DNA of 64,000 nt from Fidelibacterota bacterium SCGC AAA298-D23. GTDB taxonomy: Bacteria; Fidelibacterota; Marinisomatia; Marinisomatales; Marinisomataceae. The stretch's first letter is position 1. Every line of letters begins with the position of its first letter. The stretch covers positions 83,720 to 147,719 of the forward strand of contig AQSI01000002.1 in the NCBI GenBank assembly GCA_000402655.1. Reading direction: 5' to 3'. Below, in pieces: positions 8,981-19,415 of the stretch. The notes beneath the pieces were generated by a model. The model ran no database searches and was not told the origin of the DNA. It was given only the letters and a program-made list of their open reading frames with translations. The position numbers were made by a program, and so were the translations under genes.

Positions 8981-11358
8981 TGAAAGTTTCACTTCACTGG
9001 CTAAGAAGGTTTGTCGACTTTGATTTAACTGCCACTGAACTGGCTGAAAAGCTGACTATGAGAGGGTTTGAATCTGAAGTAGTATCTGATTTTGATTCTT
9101 TAGAAAATTTAGTCGTTGGAGACGTTTTAACAGCAAAAAAACATCCAGATGCAGACAAACTTAAATTATGTTCTGTTTCAGATGGATCAGAGACTTTTAG
9201 TGTAGTTTGCGGAGCTCCAAATGTAGATGCTGGTCAAAAAATAGTTTTTGCAAAAGTTGGCGCCGTTCTTCCAGGTAATTTCAAAATAGGAAAAGCAAAA
9301 ATTAGAGGTGTAGAAAGTTTTGGTATGATTTGTTCTGAAAGAGAACTTGGAATTTCAGAAGAACATGACGGTATTATGGTCTTAGATGAATCTTTTAATG
9401 CAGGAACACCGATAAAAGAAGTGTTAGGTCCATTATATAACGCAATTGATATTGAAGTAACTCCAGATAAAGCTTTTGCATTAAGTCATCGAGGGATAGC
9501 TAGGGAAGTAGCAACAATTGTTGGATCAAAACTAAAAACTCCAATAAATAATGTAAAATTAAATCCAAAGACAAAAGACGTTATATCAGTCGAATTAGAT
9601 AAAAAAGGCGGCTGTACACGCTATATAGCAGGTACAATGAAAGGTTTAAAAGTAGGACCTTCTCCAAAATGGCTTGCTGAATATTTAAAATCAGTTGGTC
9701 AGAAGAGTATTAATAATCTTGTTGATATATCGAATTTTATGCTTCTAGAAATTGGTCATCCAACCCATGTATTTGATCTAAAAAAATTAGCCAAACCTGC
9801 AATAAAAGTTTCTTGGGCAAAAAAAGGTGAAAAATTTGATGCTTTGGATGAAGAAACATATGAACTAAGTACAGATCATATGGTAATTACGGATACAAAA
9901 AATACCGTTGCTTTAGCTGGTATTATAGGCGGGATGGATAGCTCTGTTACCGATTCAACCACAGAAGTATTGATTGAGAGCGCTTATTTTGACCCAGTTG
10001 TTATCAGAAAAGGGTCCAAAAAATTAAATTTATTATCTGAGGCATCTAGAAGATTTGAGAGGGGTACAGACTCAAATGCTGCTTTAGAGGCATTCAATAT
10101 GATTGTTCAGCTAATGCAAGAAGTTGCTGGTGGTACTTTAGAGTCTATGATTACTGATGAATGTTCAATGAGCCTTGACAATACTTCTGTTGATTTATCG
10201 TCTGAAAAACTGCTCAAATATGCAGGACAAGAAATTGCTTCAAAAGATATAGATTCTATACTTAAAGGACTTCACATAGATGCTAAAAAAACAAAAACTG
10301 GTTGGAATTGTTCTATTCCTACATTTAGAACTGATCTAAAGGTAGAAACAGACCTTATTGAAGAGGTGTTTAGACTTTATGGTTATGACAATATTAAGTC
10401 TTCTTTTAATTATTCTTCTATTATGCAATATGCGAACGATGAAGAATCTACTATTTCTTCATTAAAACATCATTTATCCTCCTTAGGATTTCATCAATCT
10501 TATAATAATTCACTTGAAGATATTGAAGAAGTGAAGTTGTTTGGAAAAGATGCTGTTAGTGTTATGAATCCTTCGTCCGAAAGAATGAATACTTTGCGAA
10601 CAAATCTTCATTCAGGATTGTTGAAAAATTTAGATTTTAACTATCGTAATGGATCAGCAAATACGTTGATTTATGAATATGGAACAATTTTTGAAGGTAA
10701 GACAGATAAATTAGATGATATAACTCAGAAAAGTAGTTTATCGTGCTTAGTTCACGGTGATTTATTTTCAAAAAATGTACATTTTGATTCTATACCTGCT
10801 TCTTTTTCATTTTTGAAAGGGGTGGCTTCCAATATTTTTGAAGATAAAAGACTGGGTATAAAAGTGAAGTTTTCAGAGCAGAAACATCATTATTGCGATC
10901 CATATTTCTCAATTATTGACGGTAAAAAACAAGTTATTGGTGGTTTAGGTATTATTAAAGATTCATTACTCAAACAATTAGATATAGCTCATAAGCATGA
11001 AGTTGTAATATTTGATATAGATCCAGAGATTTTTACTAATTATGGTAGTTATAGCACGAAGGTAGAGGATATTGTAACCTTCCCAATCGTGCAAAGAGAC
11101 TTAAATTTTAAAATGGACAGCAGTATTCAAGTTGGCGATGTTGTCAAAACAATGAAATCAATCAACCAGTCTATATTACAAAATGTAATTCCGGTTGATA
11201 TTTATCAATCAAAAGACACATCATCCAAGGATATTTTATTTTCATTGAACTTTCAATCAGCTAAAAAAACACTTGAAGACAACGATGTAAATTCAATTAT
11301 TACTGAAATTATAAATATTGTTTCTAAGAAATTTAATGCTAAATTAAGAGATAATTAG
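8980..11358 (+). CDS. pheT: Phenylalanine--tRNA ligase beta subunit
   Basis: 792 aa with a TAATG overlap onto pheS. It has the N-terminal tRNA-binding-domain sequence (VVGDVLTAKKHPDADKLKLCSV), B3/4 and B5 regions, and a C-terminal anticodon-binding-like domain. Confidence 0.93.
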   Translation: MKVSLHWLRRFVDFDLTATELAEKLTMRGFESEVVSDFDSLENLVVGDVLTAKKHPDADKLKLCSVSDGSETFSVVCGAPNVDAGQKIVFAKVGAVLPGNFKIGKAKIRGVESFGMICSERELGISEEHDGIMVLDESFNAGTPIKEVLGPLYNAIDIEVTPDKAFALSHRGIAREVATIVGSKLKTPINNVKLNPKTKDVISVELDKKGGCTRYIAGTMKGLKVGPSPKWLAEYLKSVGQKSINNLVDISNFMLLEIGHPTHVFDLKKLAKPAIKVSWAKKGEKFDALDEETYELSTDHMVITDTKNTVALAGIIGGMDSSVTDSTTEVLIESAYFDPVVIRKGSKKLNLLSEASRRFERGTDSNAALEAFNMIVQLMQEVAGGTLESMITDECSMSLDNTSVDLSSEKLLKYAGQEIASKDIDSILKGLHIDAKKTKTGWNCSIPTFRTDLKVETDLIEEVFRLYGYDNIKSSFNYSSIMQYANDEESTISSLKHHLSSLGFHQSYNNSLEDIEEVKLFGKDAVSVMNPSSERMNTLRTNLHSGLLKNLDFNYRNGSANTLIYEYGTIFEGKTDKLDDITQKSSLSCLVHGDLFSKNVHFDSIPASFSFLKGVASNIFEDKRLGIKVKFSEQKHHYCDPYFSIIDGKKQVIGGLGIIKDSLLKQLDIAHKHEVVIFDIDPEIFTNYGSYSTKVEDIVTFPIVQRDLNFKMDSSIQVGDVVKTMKSINQSILQNVIPVDIYQSKDTSSKDILFSLNFQSAKKTLEDNDVNSIITEIINIVSKKFNAKLRDN

Positions 11359-11366
11359 AGGTTAAA

Positions 11367-11660
11367 ATGGAATCAAATAAAAAACTAGTAAACGTTAGAA
11401 TCTTTGGACAAGAGTATCCAATTAGAGCTTCTTCAAATGAGGATTATATTAAGGAAGTTGCAGCTTATGTAGATAAAAAAATGCATGAAGTTCAACGATC
11501 AGTTCCATCTTCCATGAATGCATCAAAAATAGCTATTTTGGCAGCTATGAATATTTCTGATGAACTATTTGGTGCTCGTAGAGGAGAATACTCATTTAAA
11601 GGTGAGGTTGAGTCCAAAGTTAAATCGTTAATTGAACGAATCGAAGAAATTACAGATTAA
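11367..11660 (+). CDS. zapA: Cell division protein ZapA
   Basis: 97 aa. VNVRIFGQEYPIRASSNEDYIKEVAAYVDKKM is the typical ZapA N-terminus, followed by a C-terminal coiled coil. Confidence 0.8.
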   Translation: MESNKKLVNVRIFGQEYPIRASSNEDYIKEVAAYVDKKMHEVQRSVPSSMNASKIAILAAMNISDELFGARRGEYSFKGEVESKVKSLIERIEEITD

Positions 11661-11672
11661 GAGGATATTGTA

Positions 11673-12542
11673 ATGGAAACGTCTATATTATCTGGCTTAG
11701 AGGCCAGTAAAGCTCTGTATTCTAGTCTCGAAAGCAGAATTAGTGACTTGAAAGATCATGGCATTATTCCTGGGCTTGCTGCAGTATTAGTTGGTAATAA
11801 TCCTGCATCTGAGATATATGTTAAGAATAAGACCAAAAAATTTGAATCTTTGGGACTCAAAACTGATGTATTTCGACTGGAGGAGAAAGTATCGGAAGAC
11901 GAACTATTATCCTTAATAGCCAGGCTAAACAACGATGCTGATTTTCATGGTATTTTAGTACAATTGCCTCTACCAAAACATATTGATAGTGAAAAAGTCC
12001 TTAATGCAATCATTCCAACAAAAGATGTAGATGGGTTTCATCCTGAAAATGCCGGTTTATTGTCAATAGGTAAGCCTAGATTTATACCGTGTACTCCCAA
12101 AGGTATTATGTTTATTTTAAAGCATTTTAACATAGATTTAAATGGCAAGCATGTAGTAGTTATTGGAAGAAGTAATATTGTTGGTAGACCTATTTCTATT
12201 TTAGCTAGCTTAAAAGAGCTTGGAAACGCTACAGTAACGCTGTGCCATAGTGGAACAAAAGATTTAAAGTTTTTTTCAAAACAAGCAGATATTTTAGTTG
12301 CTGCTTTAGGATCACCACAGTTTGTTGACAGTTCTTATATCAAAGAAGGGGCATGTTTAGTTGATGTTGGGATAAACAGAATTGAAGTTGATGGAAAGTC
12401 GAAAATTATTGGTGATGTCAACCAAGACAGTGTAACTGGTATAGCAAGCTCATTAACACCTGTTCCAAAAGGTATTGGACCCATGACGATAGCTATGCTT
12501 GTAGAAAACACCGTTTTATCAGCTGAATTATTGTTAAATTAA
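11673..12542 (+). CDS. folD: Bifunctional methylenetetrahydrofolate dehydrogenase/cyclohydrolase
   Basis: 289 aa with the signatures PGLAAVLVGNNPASEIYVKNK, ILVQLPLP, DVDGFHPEN, VVIGRSNIVGRP and PVPKGIGPMT. Confidence 0.95.
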   Translation: METSILSGLEASKALYSSLESRISDLKDHGIIPGLAAVLVGNNPASEIYVKNKTKKFESLGLKTDVFRLEEKVSEDELLSLIARLNNDADFHGILVQLPLPKHIDSEKVLNAIIPTKDVDGFHPENAGLLSIGKPRFIPCTPKGIMFILKHFNIDLNGKHVVVIGRSNIVGRPISILASLKELGNATVTLCHSGTKDLKFFSKQADILVAALGSPQFVDSSYIKEGACLVDVGINRIEVDGKSKIIGDVNQDSVTGIASSLTPVPKGIGPMTIAMLVENTVLSAELLLN

Positions 12543-12564
12543 TTTTTTATGATCAGGAGATATA

Positions 12565-14349
12565 ATGCTTAAGAAACTTTTTATTTTTGTACCTTTTTTA
12601 TTCTTTTCGTGTACATCTAGTGTCGACGAAAATGAAATCAAAAGAGCCAATCAATTTTTTGAATCAGTTTTTCAAGATGCTGTATTAGATAGTCCAGAAT
12701 TCCAGGCTTCTTTAGGGTATAAATCCAATTATGATAAGTGGGATGATATTACATGGCAAAAATCAAGAACTAAAGCAAAACAATCCATTAATGATTTAAA
12801 GTTTTTAAGAGAGAATATCAACTACGACAAACTAGATGAACCTACAAAAATTAGTTATCGTTTAATGGAAAAAAGGCTTCAAAGAACAATTGATAATGAT
12901 AAGTTTATATTTCATGGATATATGATAACACATAGAGGAGGTAAACACTCCAGTATACCTTCATTTCTTATTAATTATCATAAGATTGATGAAGAACAAG
13001 ATGTCAAAGACTATATTGGTCGTTTGAGAAATATTGAACCATTAATGAATGATTTGATTGATCAATTAAAATTAAGACAAGATGTAAAAAAAATAGCTCC
13101 TGCATTTGTATTTCCTCAAGCAATAAAAACATCAGAAAACATTATTTCAGGATATCCATTTGAAGAAACGGACAAACAAAATGTTATTTATGGCGATTTC
13201 ATGAAAAAATTAAACGCCCTTGACATATCAGATGCTAAAAAATTAAGATATCAAAGCGAAGCAGAAGCAGTATTACTTTCTGTAGTCAATTATTCTTACA
13301 ACAAGTTAATTGATTTTCTTAAAGAACAACAAAAACTAGCAGATAATAATCATGGTGTTTGGAAGTTTGAAGATGGAGCTGAATATTATCAACATACACT
13401 TGACGGTTATACAACACTTGGATTAACTGCAGAAGAAATTCATAAGATTGGTTTGAGTGAAGTAGAAAGAATCCATGGAGAAATCTATGAAATCATGGAG
13501 AAAGTAAACTTTAACGGAACATTAAAAGAATTTTTTGATTTCATGAGAGAGGATGACCAATTTTATTATCCTGAAGGACCTGAGGGCAGACAAATGTACT
13601 TAGATCAGGTACAAGTTGTAGTAGATACGCTGTCTAATCGTATAGAAGAACTGTTTTATGGGTTGCCATCTATTCCGCTTCAAGTTAAGGCTGTAGAAGC
13701 TTATAGAGAGGCATCTGCTGGTATTGCATTCTATCAAAGAGGTCAGGCTGATGGTAGTAGACCTGGAACATATTATGCAAATTTGTACAGAATGAGAGAT
13801 ATGCCAATTTATAAATTAGAAAATTTAGCATATCACGAGGCTATACCTGGACATCATATGCAAATTTCAATTCAACTAGAAGTAGAGGATATGCCAAGTT
13901 TTAGGAAATACGGGGGATACAGCGTATACGCAGAAGGTTGGGCACTATACTCTGAGACTCTTCCAAAAGAAATAGGTTTATATAAAGATCCATACTCAGA
14001 CTTTGGAAGACTTTCAGGAGAACTTTGGCGAGCATGTAGATTAGTAGTCGATACTGGTGTTCATCATTACAAATGGACAAGAGAAGAAGGTATTGATTAC
14101 TATTTGAACAATACAGCTAATCCAGAAGGAGATTGTATTGGAATGGTTGAGAGACATATAGTATGGCCTGCACAGGCAGTTTCATATAAAATTGGCATGA
14201 TAAAAGTTCAAGAACTACGAGCATATGCAGAGCAAGAATTAGGTGATAAATTTTCAATACAAGCATTTCATGATGTAGTCTTAAGAAATGGTAGTGTAAC
14301 CATGGATATTTTAGAAGATATTGTTTATAGTTGGGTTGATAGTCAATAA
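12565..14349 (+). CDS. DUF885 family protein (lipoprotein)
   Basis: 594 aa. The lipobox-like signal is FLFFSC. The YHEAIPGHHMQ motif and overall layout match my memory of DUF885. Confidence 0.75.
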   Translation: MLKKLFIFVPFLFFSCTSSVDENEIKRANQFFESVFQDAVLDSPEFQASLGYKSNYDKWDDITWQKSRTKAKQSINDLKFLRENINYDKLDEPTKISYRLMEKRLQRTIDNDKFIFHGYMITHRGGKHSSIPSFLINYHKIDEEQDVKDYIGRLRNIEPLMNDLIDQLKLRQDVKKIAPAFVFPQAIKTSENIISGYPFEETDKQNVIYGDFMKKLNALDISDAKKLRYQSEAEAVLLSVVNYSYNKLIDFLKEQQKLADNNHGVWKFEDGAEYYQHTLDGYTTLGLTAEEIHKIGLSEVERIHGEIYEIMEKVNFNGTLKEFFDFMREDDQFYYPEGPEGRQMYLDQVQVVVDTLSNRIEELFYGLPSIPLQVKAVEAYREASAGIAFYQRGQADGSRPGTYYANLYRMRDMPIYKLENLAYHEAIPGHHMQISIQLEVEDMPSFRKYGGYSVYAEGWALYSETLPKEIGLYKDPYSDFGRLSGELWRACRLVVDTGVHHYKWTREEGIDYYLNNTANPEGDCIGMVERHIVWPAQAVSYKIGMIKVQELRAYAEQELGDKFSIQAFHDVVLRNGSVTMDILEDIVYSWVDSQ

Positions 14350-14660
14350 TGATAATAATTAAAACTACTACAGATAGTCATAAGGCTATGAAGCTAATTG
14401 CAAATACTCTTCTTAACAAAAAGCTTGCTGCATGCGTAAATATGATTCCTCGAATGAGATCAAAATATATTGTAGATGGAAGAATTACTGAATCTAGAGA
14501 AGTAATTTTATTAATTAAGACTACTAAAAAATTAGAAAATAAAGTTTATAAAACTATTAAAGACCTTCATAATTATGAAATACCTGAAATTTCAACTATT
14601 CAAACCTCAAAAGTCGATAAAAACTTTGAAAATTGGCTAAAGGATTTTGTCGAAAGATAA
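14349..14660 (+). CDS. cutA: Divalent-cation tolerance protein CutA
   Basis: 103 aa with a TAATG overlap onto the upstream gene. It has the KLAACVNM motif and CutA1-like size. Confidence 0.75.
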   Translation: MIIIKTTTDSHKAMKLIANTLLNKKLAACVNMIPRMRSKYIVDGRITESREVILLIKTTKKLENKVYKTIKDLHNYEIPEISTIQTSKVDKNFENWLKDFVER

Positions 14661-14663
14661 TTC

Positions 14664-15764
14664 ATGAGATTGGAAGAGTTATCCGAAAAAAGTGTTTTAA
14701 AATATGTAGTCATATCATTGTTAATAATAATGTTGACAACAATCATAGTTGTTATTTCATTAAATTTTGAGACCTTAAAAAATAATTTCTACGATAAACA
14801 GGTCGAAACTCTAACGGTAATACCTCCAAACGAAAATGATATTTTACGAATTATTTTTACAGGAGTTAGCACACCACTAACTCCGCATATAGCTCAACAA
14901 AGTGTTGTTATATCTATTAATAATAAAAATTATGTTTTTGATGCTGGTTCAAGATCAACTGCTAATTTTGTTTCAGAAGGTTCACTTGAAGCTGCTAATA
15001 TTGAAGCAGTTTTTATAACTCATACTCATTCAGATCATATAGGTAGTTTGGGCGAGCTTATTTTAGCATCTTGGGGACGAGGAAGGACCTCTTCATTACC
15101 TGTTTATGGAGCTGGAAAAGAAATTCAGAATGTCGTAGATGGATTTAATCTTGCATATAAACCTGATAGAGATCACAGAACAGCTCATCATGGTCAAGAA
15201 TTCTTCCTTCCAGAAAATGGTTTGTTAAAAGCACAATTATTCGAAGTCAAAGATAAAGAACTATTAATTTTTGAAGATGTAAATATTCGAGTATATGCTT
15301 TTAATGTTCCTCATGGGCCAATTCATGGTTCTGTTGGATATAAAATTATCTCTGAAGACAGATCAGTTGTAATTTCTGGAGATACTGATGTAATGGACAG
15401 TTATGAATTCGTGAATGGGGTAGATGTTTTGATTCATGAAGCAATTATTGAGCCAGTAAGTACTGCTGTAAGTCAATCAGCCAAAAGATTAGGAAATGAG
15501 CGAATAAGTGAAATTTTTAATGATATTAATGATTATCATGCTAATTTAATTGATTATGAAGATAATCCAGGATTATTATCAAGACTTGAAGGTATTGAAC
15601 TAGGATTGTTAGCTCTTATACATATTATTCCAGATAAGGATAATATCATTGTTAAAAGAGCATTAAAGAAGTTTAGTTCTCAATCCTCACATGATGTTGT
15701 TGTTGCAGAAATAAATATGGTTATTTCATTACCATTAAATTCAAAGGAGATAATAATTAAATGA
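14664..15764 (+). CDS. MBL-fold metallo-hydrolase (RNase Z-like) with N-terminal membrane anchor
   Basis: 366 aa with THTHSDHIG (the HxHxDH metallo-beta-lactamase motif) and an N-terminal TM helix. Confidence 0.75.
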   Translation: MRLEELSEKSVLKYVVISLLIIMLTTIIVVISLNFETLKNNFYDKQVETLTVIPPNENDILRIIFTGVSTPLTPHIAQQSVVISINNKNYVFDAGSRSTANFVSEGSLEAANIEAVFITHTHSDHIGSLGELILASWGRGRTSSLPVYGAGKEIQNVVDGFNLAYKPDRDHRTAHHGQEFFLPENGLLKAQLFEVKDKELLIFEDVNIRVYAFNVPHGPIHGSVGYKIISEDRSVVISGDTDVMDSYEFVNGVDVLIHEAIIEPVSTAVSQSAKRLGNERISEIFNDINDYHANLIDYEDNPGLLSRLEGIELGLLALIHIIPDKDNIIVKRALKKFSSQSSHDVVVAEINMVISLPLNSKEIIIK

Positions 15765-16402
15765 GCATTATCGATAGTTTAAATTGGCGATACGCTACAA
15801 CAAAGTTTGATAGAAATAAAAAAATTTCTGATTCAGATATTTTAAAACTTAAAGAAATTGTTAAGTTATCTCCGTCATCATGGGGATTACAATTTTATAA
15901 AATATTAATTTTTTCAAATCAAGATATTAAAGATAAACTTTTACCCTCTGCATACAGCCAAAAGCAAGTAGCAGATTGTTCTCACTTATTTGTGTTCTGT
16001 TCATTAAAAGTCGTTCACGAAAAAGACATCGATCAAATGATAGACCAATTTCATATTTTAAGATCTAATGATAAAGATTATTCCAAAGAAAGCATTGAAA
16101 ACTATTCAAATGAAGTTAAAAAGAGTGTTTTGGGAATGAATAAACATAAACAGAGTGAATGGCTCAAAAAACAATGTTACATAGCGTTAGGTCAATTAAT
16201 GGTAGGCTGTGCTGACATGAGGATAGATTCATGTCCAATGGAAGGATTTAAATCAAATGAGTTTGATGAAATACTTGATCTAAGTTCACAAAATTTAACA
16301 TCAGTAGTGTTACTTCCTGTTGGATATAGATCAGAAGAAGATAAATATCAGCACAAGACCAAGGTAAGAAAACCTAATAATCTTCTTTTTGTTGATGATT
16401 AA
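15761..16402 (+). CDS. Nitroreductase-family NAD(P)H-dependent oxidoreductase
   Basis: 213 aa. N-terminus LNWRYATTKFDRNKKISDSD and C-terminus PVGYRSEEDKYQHKTKVRKP are typical of this family. Confidence 0.7.
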   Translation: MSIIDSLNWRYATTKFDRNKKISDSDILKLKEIVKLSPSSWGLQFYKILIFSNQDIKDKLLPSAYSQKQVADCSHLFVFCSLKVVHEKDIDQMIDQFHILRSNDKDYSKESIENYSNEVKKSVLGMNKHKQSEWLKKQCYIALGQLMVGCADMRIDSCPMEGFKSNEFDEILDLSSQNLTSVVLLPVGYRSEEDKYQHKTKVRKPNNLLFVDD

Positions 16403-16447
16403 TTACTCTAATATATGAATTATAAATTCTTAAAAGCTGAGGAATGA

Positions 16448-16840
16448 ATGAAAACTGAACTAAACAAAAAAAATAATCAAACAACAGTAGTAATTGATGT
16501 TTCATATGAAGTTGAAAATAATGTTGCTAGAGATTTTGTAAGAGATGAACATGCAACAGTTTTTTTTAATCTTAAGGATAAGGGAATTCATCGATTTGAA
16601 TGGTACTTAAATGAAGAAGATAAAACCGGAACTCTTATTGAAATATTTGAGAATTCTCAAGTTTGGGAAAATGTTGGAAATAAATTAATTGGTTCACCAA
16701 TAAATTTAAGATTAAGAGAATTATTTACAATTGAAAAAATCACTGTTTTGGGAGAAATAAGTGATGAATTCAAGGATAAATTGAAACAAATGTCTTCTCC
16801 TGTTGTCAAATCTTACGTTGGTGGAATTCGTCAAGAGTAA
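16448..16840 (+). CDS. Hypothetical protein
   Basis: 130-aa ORF with a GAGGAA SD and no motif I recognise. Confidence 0.5.
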   Translation: MKTELNKKNNQTTVVIDVSYEVENNVARDFVRDEHATVFFNLKDKGIHRFEWYLNEEDKTGTLIEIFENSQVWENVGNKLIGSPINLRLRELFTIEKITVLGEISDEFKDKLKQMSSPVVKSYVGGIRQE

Positions 16841-16846
16841 ATTGAA

Positions 16847-18004
16847 ATGGAAAGTCTTTTTATATCATCACTTTTTAATATTATTTATGCAATTGCTCTA
16901 GGGATAATTGGTTACATATTGTACGGTATTTCGAAAAATGCTCCAAAAACTTCAGAGGATAAAGAAAATCTTTTGAATGAAAGAGCTAGTAACATTGCAG
17001 TTGATGCCGCAAAAAAGGCTTTAGATGAAGTACTAAAGCAAAATGCTGAACTTCAGAAGAAAGATTGGGATGGGTATAAAAAGGATTTAGATCTTACTCT
17101 AACTCCAGTCAAGAAATCATTAGAGGATCTACAAAAAAATATCTCAGAAGTAGAAAAAGATCGTGTTGAAGATAAGGGTAAACTGGATGAAAAGTTGAAA
17201 GACTTAATTGGTACTACAGAAAGTTTGAGTAGAGCACTTACTTCAAGTTCTGATACTGGAGATTTAGGAGAAACTATTTTACGTAATCTGGTTGAAAAAG
17301 CTGGAATGATTAAATATATCGACTTTATTGAACAGACGTCCTCAGGAGATAGAAGTATTCCTGATATGGTTATTAATTTACCTGGTGGTGGAAAAATACC
17401 TATTGATTCAAAGCTTTCATTGGAAGCATTTGATCAAGCAATGGATACATCTGATAAGTCTCAACGTAAAGCATTAGAAGAAAAGCATGCAAATAACTGC
17501 AGAACACTAATGCGTAACTTATCCAAAAAAGAATATCACAAACAATTTGATGGACCGATTGAGTTTGTAGTAATGTTCATTGGAAGTGAACCAGCTTATC
17601 AAATGGCTTTAAAACATGATGGAAAATTGTTTCTTGATGGTGCAGATAAAAAAGTATTTGTTGTATCTCCATTATCACTATTGCCGTTATTAAGTTTAGT
17701 GTCAGAAGCTTGGAGACAATTTCAACTTAGTACTAATGCAAATCAAGCTATACAAATTGCAAAAGATTTAACTGATCGCTTAAAAATTTATGAGGATAAG
17801 TATCAAGCCGTTGGAAGTAAAATTTTAGCACTAGGTAAAGCATATAACTCGTCCGTTTCATCATATAATGCACGATTAAAACCTTCTGTAAGAAACCTCC
17901 AAAAATTACAAGGACAGCCAGAAGATTTAATTGATATGGAAAGTGTTCCAGTTGATGTAACACCGGTTATTGAATCGTTAGAAGCTGAAAACAAAGAAAA
18001 ATAA
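16847..18004 (+). CDS. rmuC: DNA recombination protein RmuC
   Basis: 385 aa with an N-terminal TM helix and a coiled coil. The RmuC-type core is PDMVINLPGGGKIPIDSKLSLEAF...VVMFIGSEPAY. Confidence 0.85.
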   Translation: MESLFISSLFNIIYAIALGIIGYILYGISKNAPKTSEDKENLLNERASNIAVDAAKKALDEVLKQNAELQKKDWDGYKKDLDLTLTPVKKSLEDLQKNISEVEKDRVEDKGKLDEKLKDLIGTTESLSRALTSSSDTGDLGETILRNLVEKAGMIKYIDFIEQTSSGDRSIPDMVINLPGGGKIPIDSKLSLEAFDQAMDTSDKSQRKALEEKHANNCRTLMRNLSKKEYHKQFDGPIEFVVMFIGSEPAYQMALKHDGKLFLDGADKKVFVVSPLSLLPLLSLVSEAWRQFQLSTNANQAIQIAKDLTDRLKIYEDKYQAVGSKILALGKAYNSSVSSYNARLKPSVRNLQKLQGQPEDLIDMESVPVDVTPVIESLEAENKEK

Positions 18005-18009
18005 TTTCC

Positions 18010-18354
18010 TTAATTAGCTTTAATATAGTTTAAAGCCCAATCATTTAGTTTATCAAGCACTGGAACCAATGACTTACCTTTTTTTGTTAATGAATATTCA
18101 ACTCTTGGAGGAATTTCAGCATAGATCTTTCTAGAAATTATATTATTTTTTTCTAAGTCTCTTAATTCTCTGGTTAACATATTTTTGCTTATACCATCAA
18201 TCCCTCTATGTAAAATACCAAAACGATTAATTTTTTGAGAAATTCTCATAATAATAATCGGTCTCCATTTACCACCAATCATGTTCATTGAATAGGTGAT
18301 AGGACATGACTCTACAGTACATCCACATATATCTTCAAAACATTGTTGTTTCAT
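18010..18354 (-). CDS. HxlR-family transcriptional regulator
   Basis: 114 aa. CPITYSMNMIGGKWRPIII...LTRELRDLEKNNIISRKIYAEIPPRVEYSLTKKG is a canonical HxlR winged helix. Confidence 0.88.
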   Translation of the reverse strand: MKQQCFEDICGCTVESCPITYSMNMIGGKWRPIIIMRISQKINRFGILHRGIDGISKNMLTRELRDLEKNNIISRKIYAEIPPRVEYSLTKKGKSLVPVLDKLNDWALNYIKAN

Positions 18355-18457
18355 TATAATAGTCCTTTTTTTGTTACTATATTAAAAAATAGTGCCTACT
18401 TGTACAATTTAACATTACTTAATAATTTTTCATATCAATTTTTGAAAGGATAAAAAT

Positions 18458-18763
18458 ATGATAAAACAACCATACTTAGTATCGCTTGAAAAAGGTAAAA
18501 GTTACGCATGGTGCGAATGCGCTGGATCTCAGTCGCAACCATTTTGTGATGGAAGTCATACAAAGATTAATAAACAGAGGGAAAATTTAGTAGAGAATCT
18601 CAAAGAAATAAGCTTTATAACAAAAGATTCTCAAAAGTTTGTCCTGTCAGAAACTAAGGAACCACTTGTCTTTACTGCTGAGAATGATACAGAGGTAAGT
18701 TTATGTGGTTGTAAAGAATCAAATAATGCTCCATTTTGTAGTGGGGAACATGCAAATATTTAA
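18458..18763 (+). CDS. CDGSH iron-sulfur domain protein (two motifs)
   Basis: 101 aa with CECAGSQSQPFCDGSH and CGCKESNNAPFCSGEH. Confidence 0.85.
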   Translation: MIKQPYLVSLEKGKSYAWCECAGSQSQPFCDGSHTKINKQRENLVENLKEISFITKDSQKFVLSETKEPLVFTAENDTEVSLCGCKESNNAPFCSGEHANI

Positions 18764-18781
18764 AAAAGAAAGGAAACTGAT

Positions 18782-19009
18782 ATGAGTAATAGAAAAGAAC
18801 CACATGTATTAGATATTAAAAAGGATAAAAATTACGCTTGGTGCCAATGTAGTGAATCTGAAGGCCAACCATTTTGCGATGGTAGTCATGAAAAAACTGA
18901 TCACAAGCCAATAGTTTTTAAGTCAGATACATCAAAAGAAGTAGCACTTTGTGGTTGTAAACAATCAAAAAATGCTCCATACTGTGATGGAACACATTTA
19001 ACATTATAA
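18782..19009 (+). CDS. CDGSH iron-sulfur domain protein (two motifs)
   Basis: 75 aa with CQCSESEGQPFCDGSH and CGCKQSKNAPYCDGTH. Confidence 0.85.
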   Translation: MSNRKEPHVLDIKKDKNYAWCQCSESEGQPFCDGSHEKTDHKPIVFKSDTSKEVALCGCKQSKNAPYCDGTHLTL

Positions 19010-19011
19010 TT

Positions 19012-19377
19012 TTGAGTATAGATTTAACATATTATAGAGCATTTGTTTTATTTATAGCACGCTTAGCATTAGCTGCTATCATTTTCAAAGCCGGTATTAA
19101 CAAGTTACCGGTTTCAGAAGTAGGAGGCTTAGTAAAGCAATTACCTGAATTTCTTCGATATTTGGTTGTATTGTTTGAAATTGTTGGACCTATTTTTCTT
19201 CTAATAGGAATTCAATTTATAAGATTTCAATTACTTGGATCAGCTATGATTGCAGTAGTAATGCTTGGAGCAAGTTACATGAAATATTTTGTTGCTGGAA
19301 GTGCATTCATTTCTAGTGGTACAATGTATCCTTTTGCATTATTTTTATTGGCCTTGATTTTTCTAACGGAAGAATAA
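19012..19377 (+). CDS. Small integral membrane protein, DoxX-like (tentative)
   Basis: 121 aa with a TTG start and four hydrophobic segments. The N-terminus FIARLALAAIIFKAGINKL resembles DoxX family proteins. Confidence 0.5.
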   Translation: MSIDLTYYRAFVLFIARLALAAIIFKAGINKLPVSEVGGLVKQLPEFLRYLVVLFEIVGPIFLLIGIQFIRFQLLGSAMIAVVMLGASYMKYFVAGSAFISSGTMYPFALFLLALIFLTEE

Positions 19378-19415
19378 ATTAATTATTATATTTGCGTTCA
19401 CTAAAAGGGGAAAAT